DNA of 30,542 bases, taken from contig CAXZAB010000001.1 of assembly GCA_964293715.1 (NCBI GenBank), forward strand, positions 1 through 30,542, written 5' to 3'. Every line of letters begins with the position of its first letter. Within the stretch, counting starts at the first letter, position 1. Position numbers and translations under genes: made by a program. Below the pieces are notes generated by a model. The model searched no databases and had not been told where the DNA came from. It worked only from the letters and a program-made list of their open reading frames with translations. Positions 18,101-25,963 of the stretch are shown here, piece after piece. This stretch comes from an uncultured bacterium (GTDB taxonomy: Bacteria; Cloacimonadota; Cloacimonadia; Cloacimonadales; Cloacimonadaceae).

Positions 18101-18763
18101 ATGACTCTGGGGTACAAGAGCACGCTGAGATTTAAGCATTGGATGGAAGCCGAAAATCATACCAGCTATCCGACTTATGCCTGGGATGGCGGTAATGTGG
18201 AAATGTCGTTGGATGGCGGAGCCTGGCACCTGATCCAGCCGCAAGGCTCCTATCCTTATGAAATTTGGAACAATCCGGCTTCTCCCTTCAACACGGGAAC
18301 TCCGGTTTATTCCGGCAGTTTTGATTGGACAGAAGCAGTATTCGATCTGAGTGCATATTCAGGACCGGTAAGATTCCGGTTTGTCTTTGGAAGTGATGCC
18401 TATGTGGGCGGCGAAGGCTGGTATGTGGATGATATCCGTCTCGAAAGCGAGCCTACATCCACTTCAGATGAGACTTCTACACCGGCCGTCCTCACTATGG
18501 ATCAGAATTTCCCCAATCCTTTTAACCCAAATACCAATATCAGCTTTTCTCTGCCCCAAGCTCAGGCAGTGAAACTCAGCGTCTATAACCTTAAAGGCCA
18601 ATTGGTGAAGAACTTACTTGACGCCGATTTGCCTGCAGGGTACAATGCGATCAATTGGAATGGGACAGATGACAAAGGAAATACAGTCTCCAGCGGTATT
18701 TATACTTACCGCTTACAAAGTGGCGGGAAACAAATCACCCGCAAGATGATGCTAATGAAATGA
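15182..18763 (+). CDS. Secreted C25-family (gingipain-like) cysteine peptidase with propeptide, Ig-like and MAM/adhesin-like domains and FlgD-Ig/T9SS-type CTD
   Basis: Start moved to ATG 15182 (signal peptide MKKLSLSLVMVCTLMVLTA); propeptide region; YVLLGGDTDVIP, ADMYYSCLDG, EVAIGRI, catalytic His in VNHLGHS (16526-28) and Cys in TQGCYAG (16634-36); two PGD/E...VKNxG Ig repeats; WDGGNVE...GWYVDDI; CTD NFPNPFNP...VYNLKGQLV...WNGTD...SSGIY...RKMMLMK. Confidence 0.9.
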   Translation: MKKLSLSLVMVCTLMVLTAGITHSYEFSNPEFVKTDKGIQLSLDGARSFGDPSEPDLPWFGYKLLLPAGSEASEVVVKRYGEIRYSLDDIIVPVQTQYPLSHSKIEAWDEPNEEIYHSSAIFPYKAEKGLTTEFLNGHPIAFGAFSPFDYNPQANELVFYSRIEVEVNYIGTSKAMAAMDLLKKDAFIMQRLKNSVDNASQIPNYNYARETGYEYLMIIAAEKAAQWQPLADFYEGRGISVKLKAVEQIYTELTGRDQQEKIRNYIIGFYDENPLRYVLLGGDTDVIPHRGLYVSMGSDNTDADIPADMYYSCLDGSWNDNNNAYWGEPLEADLAPEVAIGRICYNSDAEIANQINKIFMYQVAPVESQLKRAAFVGEWLWEGPTWAADYMDEMIGGSNHHGYTTVGVPTSWDIETLYDRTSGQADSWGPAQIRPLLSSGPNLVNHLGHSYTDYNMRLSNNQVSATSISNDGAAQNFSIYFTQGCYAGSFDNRGTNPNSYGADCITEKFTSLPTSAAGMISHSRYGWGVQGSTNGASQYFHREYLDAIFGEGIHALGYTLVDSKIDNIPFITGNPVMYWVSYQTNLFGCPVTSIWSDTPSAMTVNLPSTWLAGLNQYVLQTNAPYAELKIKQGTDMLYEDIADESGIINIDMLESLTPGSYMLYLTAPNFYPSSHTIFVTASDMPYIVCDNVMTSDEDGVLHTGEELEISMTVKNLGMVDQSSGGTITLSSVSENIQILQGEYHFNGVSASDSLYAENAFQIKIVGSFGDRAGATLTFNTVYDDFATDSFHRLELAAPILDVFNYTVHNSGAYAMPGDTSQISFKVQNTGSGTAFSPLMMLFTSDSTINTSVYDLALPVVASGEYIEVDDAFSVYITEAAQLGTSVLVSYMLSSENGLVAEGSFTIHVGMMNYDFEPDMQEWVSIDINQSFVNQWHRSSANNATTGGSYSMKFGGAGSAQYAGSAYGALISPEMTLGYKSTLRFKHWMEAENHTSYPTYAWDGGNVEMSLDGGAWHLIQPQGSYPYEIWNNPASPFNTGTPVYSGSFDWTEAVFDLSAYSGPVRFRFVFGSDAYVGGEGWYVDDIRLESEPTSTSDETSTPAVLTMDQNFPNPFNPNTNISFSLPQAQAVKLSVYNLKGQLVKNLLDADLPAGYNAINWNGTDDKGNTVSSGIYTYRLQSGGKQITRKMMLMK

Positions 18764-19464
18764 AAAAATATGTAATACTTACAGGAGCCGGAATCAGTGC
18801 TGAATCCGGAATCAAGACATTTAGAGATAGCGGAGGTCTGTGGGAAAACCACGATGTTCAAGCTGTGGCGAGCCCAGAAGGCTTTCATAAAGACCCCAAA
18901 ATGGTGTGGCAATTTTATAAAGAGCGCTTTCACCAAAGCAATTCAGTAGAGCCTAATGCAGCACATTATGCGCTCAAAAAAATGGAAGAAAATCTGCAGG
19001 ATCATTTTCACCTGATTACCCAGAATGTGGACGGCTTACATAGCCGTGCTGGTAGTGAAAGGGTGATCGAGATGCACGGCAGCGTAAACACGGCTTTTTG
19101 CTTGGCCTGTAGCGCCAATTATCGTGTAGCAGAGCTGGACCTCAGCGTGGATATTCCCCTTTGTGAAAAGTGTGGCAATCGCCTGAGACCAGATATAGTC
19201 TGGTTTGGCGAGATACCCTATAACCTCTATGAGATCGAGCAACAGCTCAAGGAATGTGACGTCTTTATGGTGATCGGAACCAGCGGCTCGGTATATCCGG
19301 CAGCCGGTTTTGTGATGACAGCTAAGCTCTTTGGCGCGCATACTATTGCGGTGAATCTGGACAGACCTGATAATCTTGGTTTTATAGACGAATTTCATCA
19401 GGGACTGTGCACAGAGTCCTTGCCGCCTCTCGTAGAGCGCATAGTAAACAGCCACGAGGGATGA
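18760..19464 (+). CDS. cobB: NAD-dependent protein deacylase, class III sirtuin
   Basis: LTGAGISAESGIKTFRD, YKER (YxxR succinyl-lysine pocket), TQNVDGLH, MHGS, CLAC/CEKC zinc site, RPDIVWFGE, IGTSGSVYPAAG; ATGA overlap with the C25 gene. Confidence 0.95.
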   Translation: MKKYVILTGAGISAESGIKTFRDSGGLWENHDVQAVASPEGFHKDPKMVWQFYKERFHQSNSVEPNAAHYALKKMEENLQDHFHLITQNVDGLHSRAGSERVIEMHGSVNTAFCLACSANYRVAELDLSVDIPLCEKCGNRLRPDIVWFGEIPYNLYEIEQQLKECDVFMVIGTSGSVYPAAGFVMTAKLFGAHTIAVNLDRPDNLGFIDEFHQGLCTESLPPLVERIVNSHEG

Positions 19465-19582
19465 GCTGTTTTTTGAAGGCAGATATTCTGAGCGCTGAGC
19501 CAGAAGAAAAGAAACTCAGTCTCAAAAGAACCAAGTAAAGATAATAATGCAGGTCTCATCCTGCACAATGATAAGACAATAT

Positions 19583-19620
19583 GCCGGTTTAGTCAGCTTT
19601 TGACTGGGCCGGCTTTTTTT
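19583..19620 (+). terminator. Rho-independent terminator of the C25-cobB unit
   Basis: GCCGGTTTAGTCA / TGACTGGGCCGGC, a 13-bp stem with three G-U pairs (favourable on the + transcript only), followed by seven T. Confidence 0.75.
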
Positions 19621-20536
19621 ACTGAGGTGCTGCGGGCTGTTTCGCTTTCTTTTTTAGAGTCCCGCTTTTCTGAATGAGGTTTGAGGCTACGATCAAGCTG
19701 AGACCTACGATAGTGGCAGGATGAATGCTTTCGCCCAAAATAGTCTTGATCAGCAGCAGGGAAAGGAAGGGAGTGATAAAGACCAGATTTGAGATCTTTG
19801 CTGTGTTCTGTGTGAGTTCCAGCGCCTTTAACCACAAGACAAAGGTAAGCCCCATCTCAAATATCCCTACCCAGGCTCCGGCAAGCAGAGCTTTATGGAT
19901 GATAGCCTCCGGAAGCAAAAGCGGAGCCCTGCTGATGAGAACAAAGACCAGGATCAGGATGAAGCCAAGCAGGAAGTTGTAGAGCAGCTTTACAGTGCCT
20001 TCGCGCTTATCTCTCAGATTGACGATCCAATACAAGGCCCAAAGCACTGAAGAGCCCAAAGCCAGAGCCGTTCCCAAGCCGTCATCAAAGTGCAATTTAT
20101 GAATCTGTCCTTTGGTGGAGATTATCATCACGCCCAGGAAGCTGAGCAGCAGCATCAGCAAATCTTTGAGGCGGAACTTTTCTTTCAGCAGGAAGACAGA
20201 GAAGAGGGAGAGCACTATGGCCCAAGTGTAATTCAGGGCTTGAGCTTCCTGTGCCTGTAGTCTGGAATATGCGGTAAAGAGGATCACATAATACAGGAAT
20301 GGATTGAGCAGCCCGGCAGGAATGGATTTCAGGCAATTGGCCGGCAATTTGCGAAAAGCTCCGGGGGCTGAAATAGCATTGTATAAAGCCAAAAATACGG
20401 TGGCTATGAAGGATGAGAAGAGCAAAAGACCGATGGGCGTGAAATGCTGGAGGCTGAGCTTGAAAGCCGTAGAAACAGTGCTCCAAGCCAAAATGGCGAG
20501 AGCGGCAAAGATGTAGCTGCGGGTTTGCTTTTCCAT
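19619..20536 (-). CDS. DMT superfamily (EamA-like) transporter
   Basis: 305 aa, about 10 hydrophobic helices in two repeats; ILAWSTVSTAFK, AQALNYTWAI, GLTFVLWLKAL, NLVFITPFLS. Confidence 0.9.
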   Translation of the reverse strand: MEKQTRSYIFAALAILAWSTVSTAFKLSLQHFTPIGLLLFSSFIATVFLALYNAISAPGAFRKLPANCLKSIPAGLLNPFLYYVILFTAYSRLQAQEAQALNYTWAIVLSLFSVFLLKEKFRLKDLLMLLLSFLGVMIISTKGQIHKLHFDDGLGTALALGSSVLWALYWIVNLRDKREGTVKLLYNFLLGFILILVFVLISRAPLLLPEAIIHKALLAGAWVGIFEMGLTFVLWLKALELTQNTAKISNLVFITPFLSLLLIKTILGESIHPATIVGLSLIVASNLIQKSGTLKKKAKQPAAPQ

Positions 20537-20546
20537 CGTCAGGGCA

Positions 20547-20575
20547 CAAAATAAGGGGGCGGAAGCTCCACCCCC
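20547..20575 (-). terminator. Terminator-like hairpin after the TPR lipoprotein gene
   Basis: Minus strand GGGGGTGGA-GCT-TCCGCCCCC (9 bp, one G-U) followed by TTATTTTG. Confidence 0.65.
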
Positions 20576-20601
20576 GGTTCATAAATCTTCTTAAGTGTGG
20601 A

Positions 20602-21702
20602 TTATTTGTCTTTCTTCAGAGACTGCAAAATCTTGGCATAGGTGGTACTAAGAGCAGTATTTCCGGTCTTCGACGCACCTAAAATAATGAATTGCACAGC
20701 ATCCTGGTTCTGATTGTCCCACTGGTACCATTTCTGAGCATAAGTAATCAGCTCTTCGTATTTTTCCTGTTCATAAAGAATCAAGCAGAGATCGGCAAAG
20801 TCTTCATCATTGCTGCGACGATCGATAATCTGTTTCAGGTATTGCACAGTGAGATCTTTGTCTTTAGCCATGAAAGCGATATCTTTGGCATTCAACAGAG
20901 TGTCCATACTGCCGGGATCAAGTGACAGAGTCTGTTGGGTGACCTCAAGAGCCTTGTCGTAATCTCCCATTTCATAATAGGCATAGGAGAGATTCTTCAG
21001 GTTATCAATATTAGCCGGAGCTTTTGTGCGGGCTTTTGCGAAATACTTGGCAGATTCAGCGTAGTTTTCCTGGTTAAAGTAGAAAGCACCGGTTTCCAGC
21101 ATATAGTCCAGATTTTCCGGATCTTGTTCGATGAGAGTAAGTAGAATTTCTTCTGCTTTGGCAGGATCTTTCAGCTCATTTTGATAGATGTCTTTCAGAC
21201 GGATCATGGGCTCATAACGAGCGGGATTGAGTTTGTTTGCCAGTTCAAAAATCTCCATAGCTTCCCGGGTGTCGCCTGCTTCCAGAGCGGTATCTCCCGC
21301 ACGGTAGATACGGGTCCAGGCACCTTCACGGCGACGGGTCATGTCTCTGATATCCAGGCGCTCTTCATCGGTGAGGTTTTCAAATGTATCGTACACGGTC
21401 AGAGCTTCGGTGTATAGTTCATAAGCTTGTTCATTGTATTCCACGGCTTTGTCGGGAAAGTTTTCACCTTTATGCAGATTGATGTCTGCCATCCGGCGCA
21501 GAGAAACGGCGTGGTTGGGATGCTCTTCCAAGACTTTGAGAAAGAATTGTTCAGCTTTTTCCACATTTTGCTGAGCGTAATAGACCCCGGCTGTTTTGGC
21601 GTTCACATTGGCCTGCGGGCTTAGTTTTTGTCTGGTTTTAAAAGCGCTGCACGCACCCAAGCCTAAGGCCAGGATCAGCAGGATAATATTGAGTTTTCTC
21701 AT
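20602..21702 (-). CDS. Tetratricopeptide-repeat lipoprotein
   Basis: Lipobox LGLGAC (Cys18); TPR-like repeats (YMLETGAFYFNQENYAESAKYF, NLKNLSYAYYEMGDYDKALE); SD AGGAG. Confidence 0.88.
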   Translation of the reverse strand: MRKLNIILLILALGLGACSAFKTRQKLSPQANVNAKTAGVYYAQQNVEKAEQFFLKVLEEHPNHAVSLRRMADINLHKGENFPDKAVEYNEQAYELYTEALTVYDTFENLTDEERLDIRDMTRRREGAWTRIYRAGDTALEAGDTREAMEIFELANKLNPARYEPMIRLKDIYQNELKDPAKAEEILLTLIEQDPENLDYMLETGAFYFNQENYAESAKYFAKARTKAPANIDNLKNLSYAYYEMGDYDKALEVTQQTLSLDPGSMDTLLNAKDIAFMAKDKDLTVQYLKQIIDRRSNDEDFADLCLILYEQEKYEELITYAQKWYQWDNQNQDAVQFIILGASKTGNTALSTTYAKILQSLKKDK

Positions 21703-21867
21703 AAGGATACTCCTGTAATCATCATTTTTTGCAATAAATATGGATCGCTGATATCAGTCAAGCCATATTTCGCCTCAAATGAGCACTTAATATATATTCC
21801 ATAGCTCTATCGTGTTCAAAGACAGATGGATACTTCGCTATTGGGGGCATCTGACACCATTTTGTCC

Positions 21868-21895
21868 TTGACGGATGATGCGCCAAACAGAGTAT
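21868..21895 (+). promoter_or_regulatory. Putative pyr operon promoter
   Basis: TTGACG (21868-73), 16 nt spacer, GAGTAT (21890-95), placing the start site a few nt before the PyrR-type hairpin. Confidence 0.45.
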
Positions 21896-21908
21896 TGCAT
21901 AAATATAA

Positions 21909-21938
21909 CCTTTAATCAATGCCAGTGAGCATGAAAGG
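21909..21938 (+). promoter_or_regulatory. PyrR binding-loop RNA element overlapping the pyrB Shine-Dalgarno
   Basis: CCTTTAA-TCA-ATGC-CAGTGA-GCAT-G-AAAGG: conserved UUUAA, hexaloop CNGNGA, 4-bp upper stem and 5-bp lower stem whose 3' arm includes AAGG of the SD AAGGAG (21935-40). Confidence 0.75.
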
Positions 21939-21949
21939 AGTAAAAAAGA

Positions 21950-22882
21950 ATGAAACCTCAATTTTCAGGACGTAACGTCTTTGACTTGGACGAATATTCA
22001 CGGGAAGATATCCTTTATATTTTGGAAGCTACTAAAGGGATGAAAGAGATCAACCTTCGTGAATACAAAAAAATCCCTACTTTGAAGGGCAGGACGGTCT
22101 GCACCCTTTTTGTGGAGAATAGCACCCGCACCAGGATGAGTTTTGAACTCGCGGCAAATCGCCTTTCTGCTGATGTGGTGAATTTTCAGGCCGGTATATC
22201 TGCCCTGCAAAAAGGCGAAAGCCTGCAAGATACTGTTTACACCCTAAACGCTATGGGTATAGACCTTTACTGCACCCGTCACAGTTCTCCCGGTACCCCT
22301 CAATTGGTACATAAATACTCCGGTAAACCCGTGATCAATGGGGGAGACGGACGTCATGCGCATCCCACTCAGGCCCTCCTGGATATCTTTTCTATTTGGG
22401 AAAAGAAGGGCGATCTGAAGGGACTCAAAGTCACCATCGTGGGCGATATTCTGCACAGCAGAGTAGTACGCTCCAATCTGATCGGAATGGCCAAATTGGG
22501 TGCCAAAGTTACCGTCTGCGGGCCCAAAACCTTGATGCCTGGCAGTATGGAAAGCGTTTACGATTGCAGAGTGGAATATGATCTGGCCCGGGCCTTGCAT
22601 GATGCCGATGTGGTGATGGGGCTGAGAATGCAATTTGAACGTATGAGCGAGGGCCTTTTCCCCAGTCTGGAAGAATATAGCAAACACTATGTGCTCTCCA
22701 ACCACACTTTAAAATATGCCAAACCCAATGCCCTGATCATGCACCCAGGCCCGATGAATCGTGGTGTGGAAATTCTGCCCGAAATCGCGGATGGAAAACA
22801 CAGTGTGATCGTGGAACAGGTCGCCAATGGCGTGGCAGTGCGTATGGCGCTGATGTTCCTGATCCTAAGTGGTAAAAACTGA
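21950..22882 (+). CDS. pyrB: Aspartate carbamoyltransferase catalytic subunit
   Basis: FVENSTRTRMSFE, KGESLQDT, NGGDGRHAHPTQALLD, GDILHSRVVRSN, MGLRMQFER, MHPGPMNRGVEI, NGVAVRMA. Confidence 0.97.
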   Translation: MKPQFSGRNVFDLDEYSREDILYILEATKGMKEINLREYKKIPTLKGRTVCTLFVENSTRTRMSFELAANRLSADVVNFQAGISALQKGESLQDTVYTLNAMGIDLYCTRHSSPGTPQLVHKYSGKPVINGGDGRHAHPTQALLDIFSIWEKKGDLKGLKVTIVGDILHSRVVRSNLIGMAKLGAKVTVCGPKTLMPGSMESVYDCRVEYDLARALHDADVVMGLRMQFERMSEGLFPSLEEYSKHYVLSNHTLKYAKPNALIMHPGPMNRGVEILPEIADGKHSVIVEQVANGVAVRMALMFLILSGKN

Positions 22883-22893
22883 AGGAGAAGCAG

Positions 22894-24165
22894 ATGAAGA
22901 CTATTATAATAAATGCCAAAATCTATCTGGACGGCAAGCTGGAAGCTAAAGAGATGCTGATCAAGGCCGAACGCATAGCCCAAATTGCGGACAAAGTCCC
23001 GGATACAGCAGATCATCCCATTGATGCCGCCGGAGCTTGCGTCTTGCCCGGGTTCATCGATATTCATACCCATCTCAGGGATCCCGGGCATACTTATAAG
23101 GAAGATATTGTATCCGGCACCCAAAGCGCTGCCAAAGGCGGATTCACCTCGATCTGCGCTATGCCGAACACAGATCCTGTGACCGATAACATCGCTTCTG
23201 TGGAATATATCCAACTCAGGGCCAAGGAACATGGCAGCGCCAGGGTCTATGTGATAGGAGCGCTTACGAAGCAAAGCAAGGGTGAGGAAATCAGTGAAAT
23301 GGCCACGATGAAATCCGGTGGCATCGTAGCCGTGAGCGATGATGGCTATTGTGTGCAAAACGCGCGCCTCATGCTTTCCTGTCTGCGCTATGCTGCCAAT
23401 TTTGATATTCCGGTGATCATCCATCCTGAGGATTACGCTTTGGCGGGCAAGGGACAGATAAATTCCGGCAAAGTGTCCACCCGTGTGGGACTCTCCGGTA
23501 TCACCGGTTTGGCCGAAGAAGTGATGATAGCCCGCGATATCATGCTGGCGGAGAGTGCCGGAGCCAGATTGCACGTCGCCCATATCTCCACAGCGCGTTC
23601 TTTGCAATTGGTGCAGCAGGCCAAAGATCGCGGCTTGCCTGTCACCTGTGAAGTTACGCCTCATCATCTGGTTCTCACAGAAGGCGCTTGCCTGACCTTT
23701 GATACCAATGCCAAGATGAAACCACCTTTAAGATGTGAAAGCGACCGCTTGGCCTGTGTACAGGCTCTGAAAGACGGTTTGATAGATTGCATCGCCACCG
23801 ACCACGCTCCTCATGCCGATTTTGAGAAAGAACGCGAGTTTGATCTGGCACCTTTTGGCATTATTGGATTTGAAACTGCTTTTGGTATCCTTTATGACAA
23901 ACTCGTTAAAACTAAGATTATCGAACTTTCGACTTTGGTGGACAACCTCAGCAAAAAACCTGCAAAGGTGCTGAATTTGCCCGGAGGTGAGCTCAAAATC
24001 GGAGGCAAAGCCGATCTCACCATCATAGATTTGAATGCTTTTACAACATATACCAAAGAGAATATTCTTTCGAAAAGCAAGAATACCCCCTGGTTGGACC
24101 AGACTATCGCCTCAAAAGTGATGTACACCATCAAAAGTGGCATCATAAGTTATTCGGATAAATAA
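22894..24165 (+). CDS. pyrC: Dihydroorotase (type I, large)
   Basis: PGFIDIHTHLRDPG, GGFTSICAMPNTDP, SDDG, HVAHIS, CEVTPHHL, KMKPPLR, IATDHAPH, PFGIIGFE, SKSKNTPW. Confidence 0.96.
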   Translation: MKTIIINAKIYLDGKLEAKEMLIKAERIAQIADKVPDTADHPIDAAGACVLPGFIDIHTHLRDPGHTYKEDIVSGTQSAAKGGFTSICAMPNTDPVTDNIASVEYIQLRAKEHGSARVYVIGALTKQSKGEEISEMATMKSGGIVAVSDDGYCVQNARLMLSCLRYAANFDIPVIIHPEDYALAGKGQINSGKVSTRVGLSGITGLAEEVMIARDIMLAESAGARLHVAHISTARSLQLVQQAKDRGLPVTCEVTPHHLVLTEGACLTFDTNAKMKPPLRCESDRLACVQALKDGLIDCIATDHAPHADFEKEREFDLAPFGIIGFETAFGILYDKLVKTKIIELSTLVDNLSKKPAKVLNLPGGELKIGGKADLTIIDLNAFTTYTKENILSKSKNTPWLDQTIASKVMYTIKSGIISYSDK

Positions 24166-24951
24166 ATGAACAATTCTTTATATCGCCAACGTGCCATACA
24201 ACTCAGAGAAGAGCTATCTGCAGATTACTTCATTCTCTGGATCTGGGATGAAACTTTGGGTGCAGCCAGCAAACCCGGTCAATTTTACAATGTCCGTGCC
24301 TTAGCCAGCCTCAAAAGCTCCCAAAATACCGGCATGATCCCCAAACTCTTCAAACCTATCAGTATTTATGACAACCAAGGCGGCCGTATCGGTTTTTTGA
24401 TCAAAAAAGTGGGGAAGGGCACCGCCGCTCTTTCCAAAATGCGGGCGGGTGATCTGCTCGAACTGATTGGCCCCTGTGGAAACGGTTTCCCCATCTACCA
24501 AGGTAAGCGGGTCTTGCTCATCAGCGGTGGCATCGGCTATCCGCCTCTGTGGTATCTCCAAAAAGAGCTGATCAATCACAATCAGGTGTATTGGATGCAC
24601 GGCGGAGCACGTCAGGGAGATGTCTTTCCTTGTGACGAAATCTGGACCGAAGATGGCTCCATAGGACGCCATGGCAGAGTCTGTGGCGGGATGCGGGAGA
24701 ACATCGAGAAGTATGATGTGGATTTGATTTATAGCTGCGGTCCCAAGCCCATGCTGGCCTCTGCAGCTCAGATTTCTCTGGAATTGGGCATCGAACACTA
24801 TGTTTCGATGGAATCATATATGGCTTGCGGGATCGGGGTTTGCCATGGTTGTGCCGTTCCCATCGGCAGTAAAGATGATTGGGATTATCTCAGAGTCTGC
24901 AAAGAAGGCTCTGTTTTCAAGGCTGAGGAGGTAAGATGGGAGCTGCTATGA
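24166..24951 (+). CDS. pyrK: Dihydroorotate dehydrogenase B electron transfer subunit
   Basis: KPGQFY, KPISI, GPCGNGF, GGIGYPP, YSCGPKPM, 2Fe-2S motif MACGIGVCHGC...RVCKEG. Confidence 0.93.
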   Translation: MNNSLYRQRAIQLREELSADYFILWIWDETLGAASKPGQFYNVRALASLKSSQNTGMIPKLFKPISIYDNQGGRIGFLIKKVGKGTAALSKMRAGDLLELIGPCGNGFPIYQGKRVLLISGGIGYPPLWYLQKELINHNQVYWMHGGARQGDVFPCDEIWTEDGSIGRHGRVCGGMRENIEKYDVDLIYSCGPKPMLASAAQISLELGIEHYVSMESYMACGIGVCHGCAVPIGSKDDWDYLRVCKEGSVFKAEEVRWELL

Positions 24952-25886
24952 ACAAAATCCAAAAAACAAGACCCAACGCCAGTGAACTTTTACGCAGTAA
25001 ATTAGGTAGATTGGAGTTGAAAACTCCGCTTACCGTCGCTTCCGGCACCTTTGATCTGGAAAATCTGGAGTTCTTTGACCCAGCCTGTTTGGGCGCTTTT
25101 GTGTGCAAGACCATTACCAGAGAACCCAAAAAAGGTAATCCACCTCCACGCTTGTATGAGACCGAGGCCGGGCTGCTGAATTCCATTGGCTTGCAAAATC
25201 CGGGCTTGGATGCCTTTATCGCCGAAAAATTGCCTGTATATCAAGAAACTCTGCAAATGCCGCTGATCGTCAGTGTTTCTGGCTCCAGTATTAATGAATT
25301 TGCCGAGATGATCGAAATCCTGGAAGCCTGCGAGGGCATCAGTGGTTACGAGATCAATATATCCTGTCCCAATGTGGAAAACGAAGGCCTGGCCTTTGGC
25401 GTTTCGGCTGAGATAGTCTATAAATTGGTGCTGCGGCTCAGCGCTCTCACCACGCGCGAACTGTGCATCAAGCTCAGCCCTAATGTGAGTGACATCGCTG
25501 AGATTGCTCAGGCAGCCGAGGCCGGCAAAGCCAGCTCAATTGCTTTGATAAACAGCATTTATGGCATGGCGATTGACTATCAGACCGGCAGGTCCAGGAT
25601 CAAAAAAGGCATCGCCGGTTATACCGGGCTCGGGATCAAACCCGTGGCTCTGGCGCTCACCCACAAGACTGCCCAAGCCGTGAAGATTCCCATTCTCGCC
25701 ATGGGTGGGATCTACAGCTGGCAAGATGCCCTGGAATTTATCTGGGCCGGTGCTTCCGCGATTGCCATCGGCACTGCGAATTTCATCAATCCTCTGGCAG
25801 CTCCGGAATTGATCATGGGACTGGGAGAATTTTTGCTGGAGCATAATTTCAAGATATCTGATATCAAAGGGAAGGTCAAAATATAG
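24948..25886 (+). CDS. pyrD: Dihydroorotate dehydrogenase, class 1B catalytic subunit
   Basis: VASGTF, KTIT..P.KGNPPPR, LNSIGLQNPG, EINISCPN, IKLSPNV, INS, GGI, IGTANF. Start taken at the ATGA overlap with pyrK (24948); 24936 is an alternative. Confidence 0.95.
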   Translation: MNKIQKTRPNASELLRSKLGRLELKTPLTVASGTFDLENLEFFDPACLGAFVCKTITREPKKGNPPPRLYETEAGLLNSIGLQNPGLDAFIAEKLPVYQETLQMPLIVSVSGSSINEFAEMIEILEACEGISGYEINISCPNVENEGLAFGVSAEIVYKLVLRLSALTTRELCIKLSPNVSDIAEIAQAAEAGKASSIALINSIYGMAIDYQTGRSRIKKGIAGYTGLGIKPVALALTHKTAQAVKIPILAMGGIYSWQDALEFIWAGASAIAIGTANFINPLAAPELIMGLGEFLLEHNFKISDIKGKVKI

Positions 25887-25963
25887 GATTATCCTGCCCT
25901 GCTGGCTTTACAGAGCTTCAATCGATCTCAAAACGATATCAAGAAAAGAGCGTTAGATACAGT

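Noticed and set aside
15182-18763. C25 protein as the T9SS sortase PorU
   Set aside because: It has a propeptide, adhesin-like domains and its own FlgD-type CTD like a cargo protease, and lies 12 kb from porV in a separate unit. Not formally excluded without a phylogeny.
18760-19464. Sir2 gene as an anti-phage NADase (Thoeris/DSR type)
   Set aside because: It has the complete housekeeping class III CobB signature (Zn-binding CxxC pairs, YxxR, RPDIVWFGE), a normal 234-aa length and no defence partners nearby.
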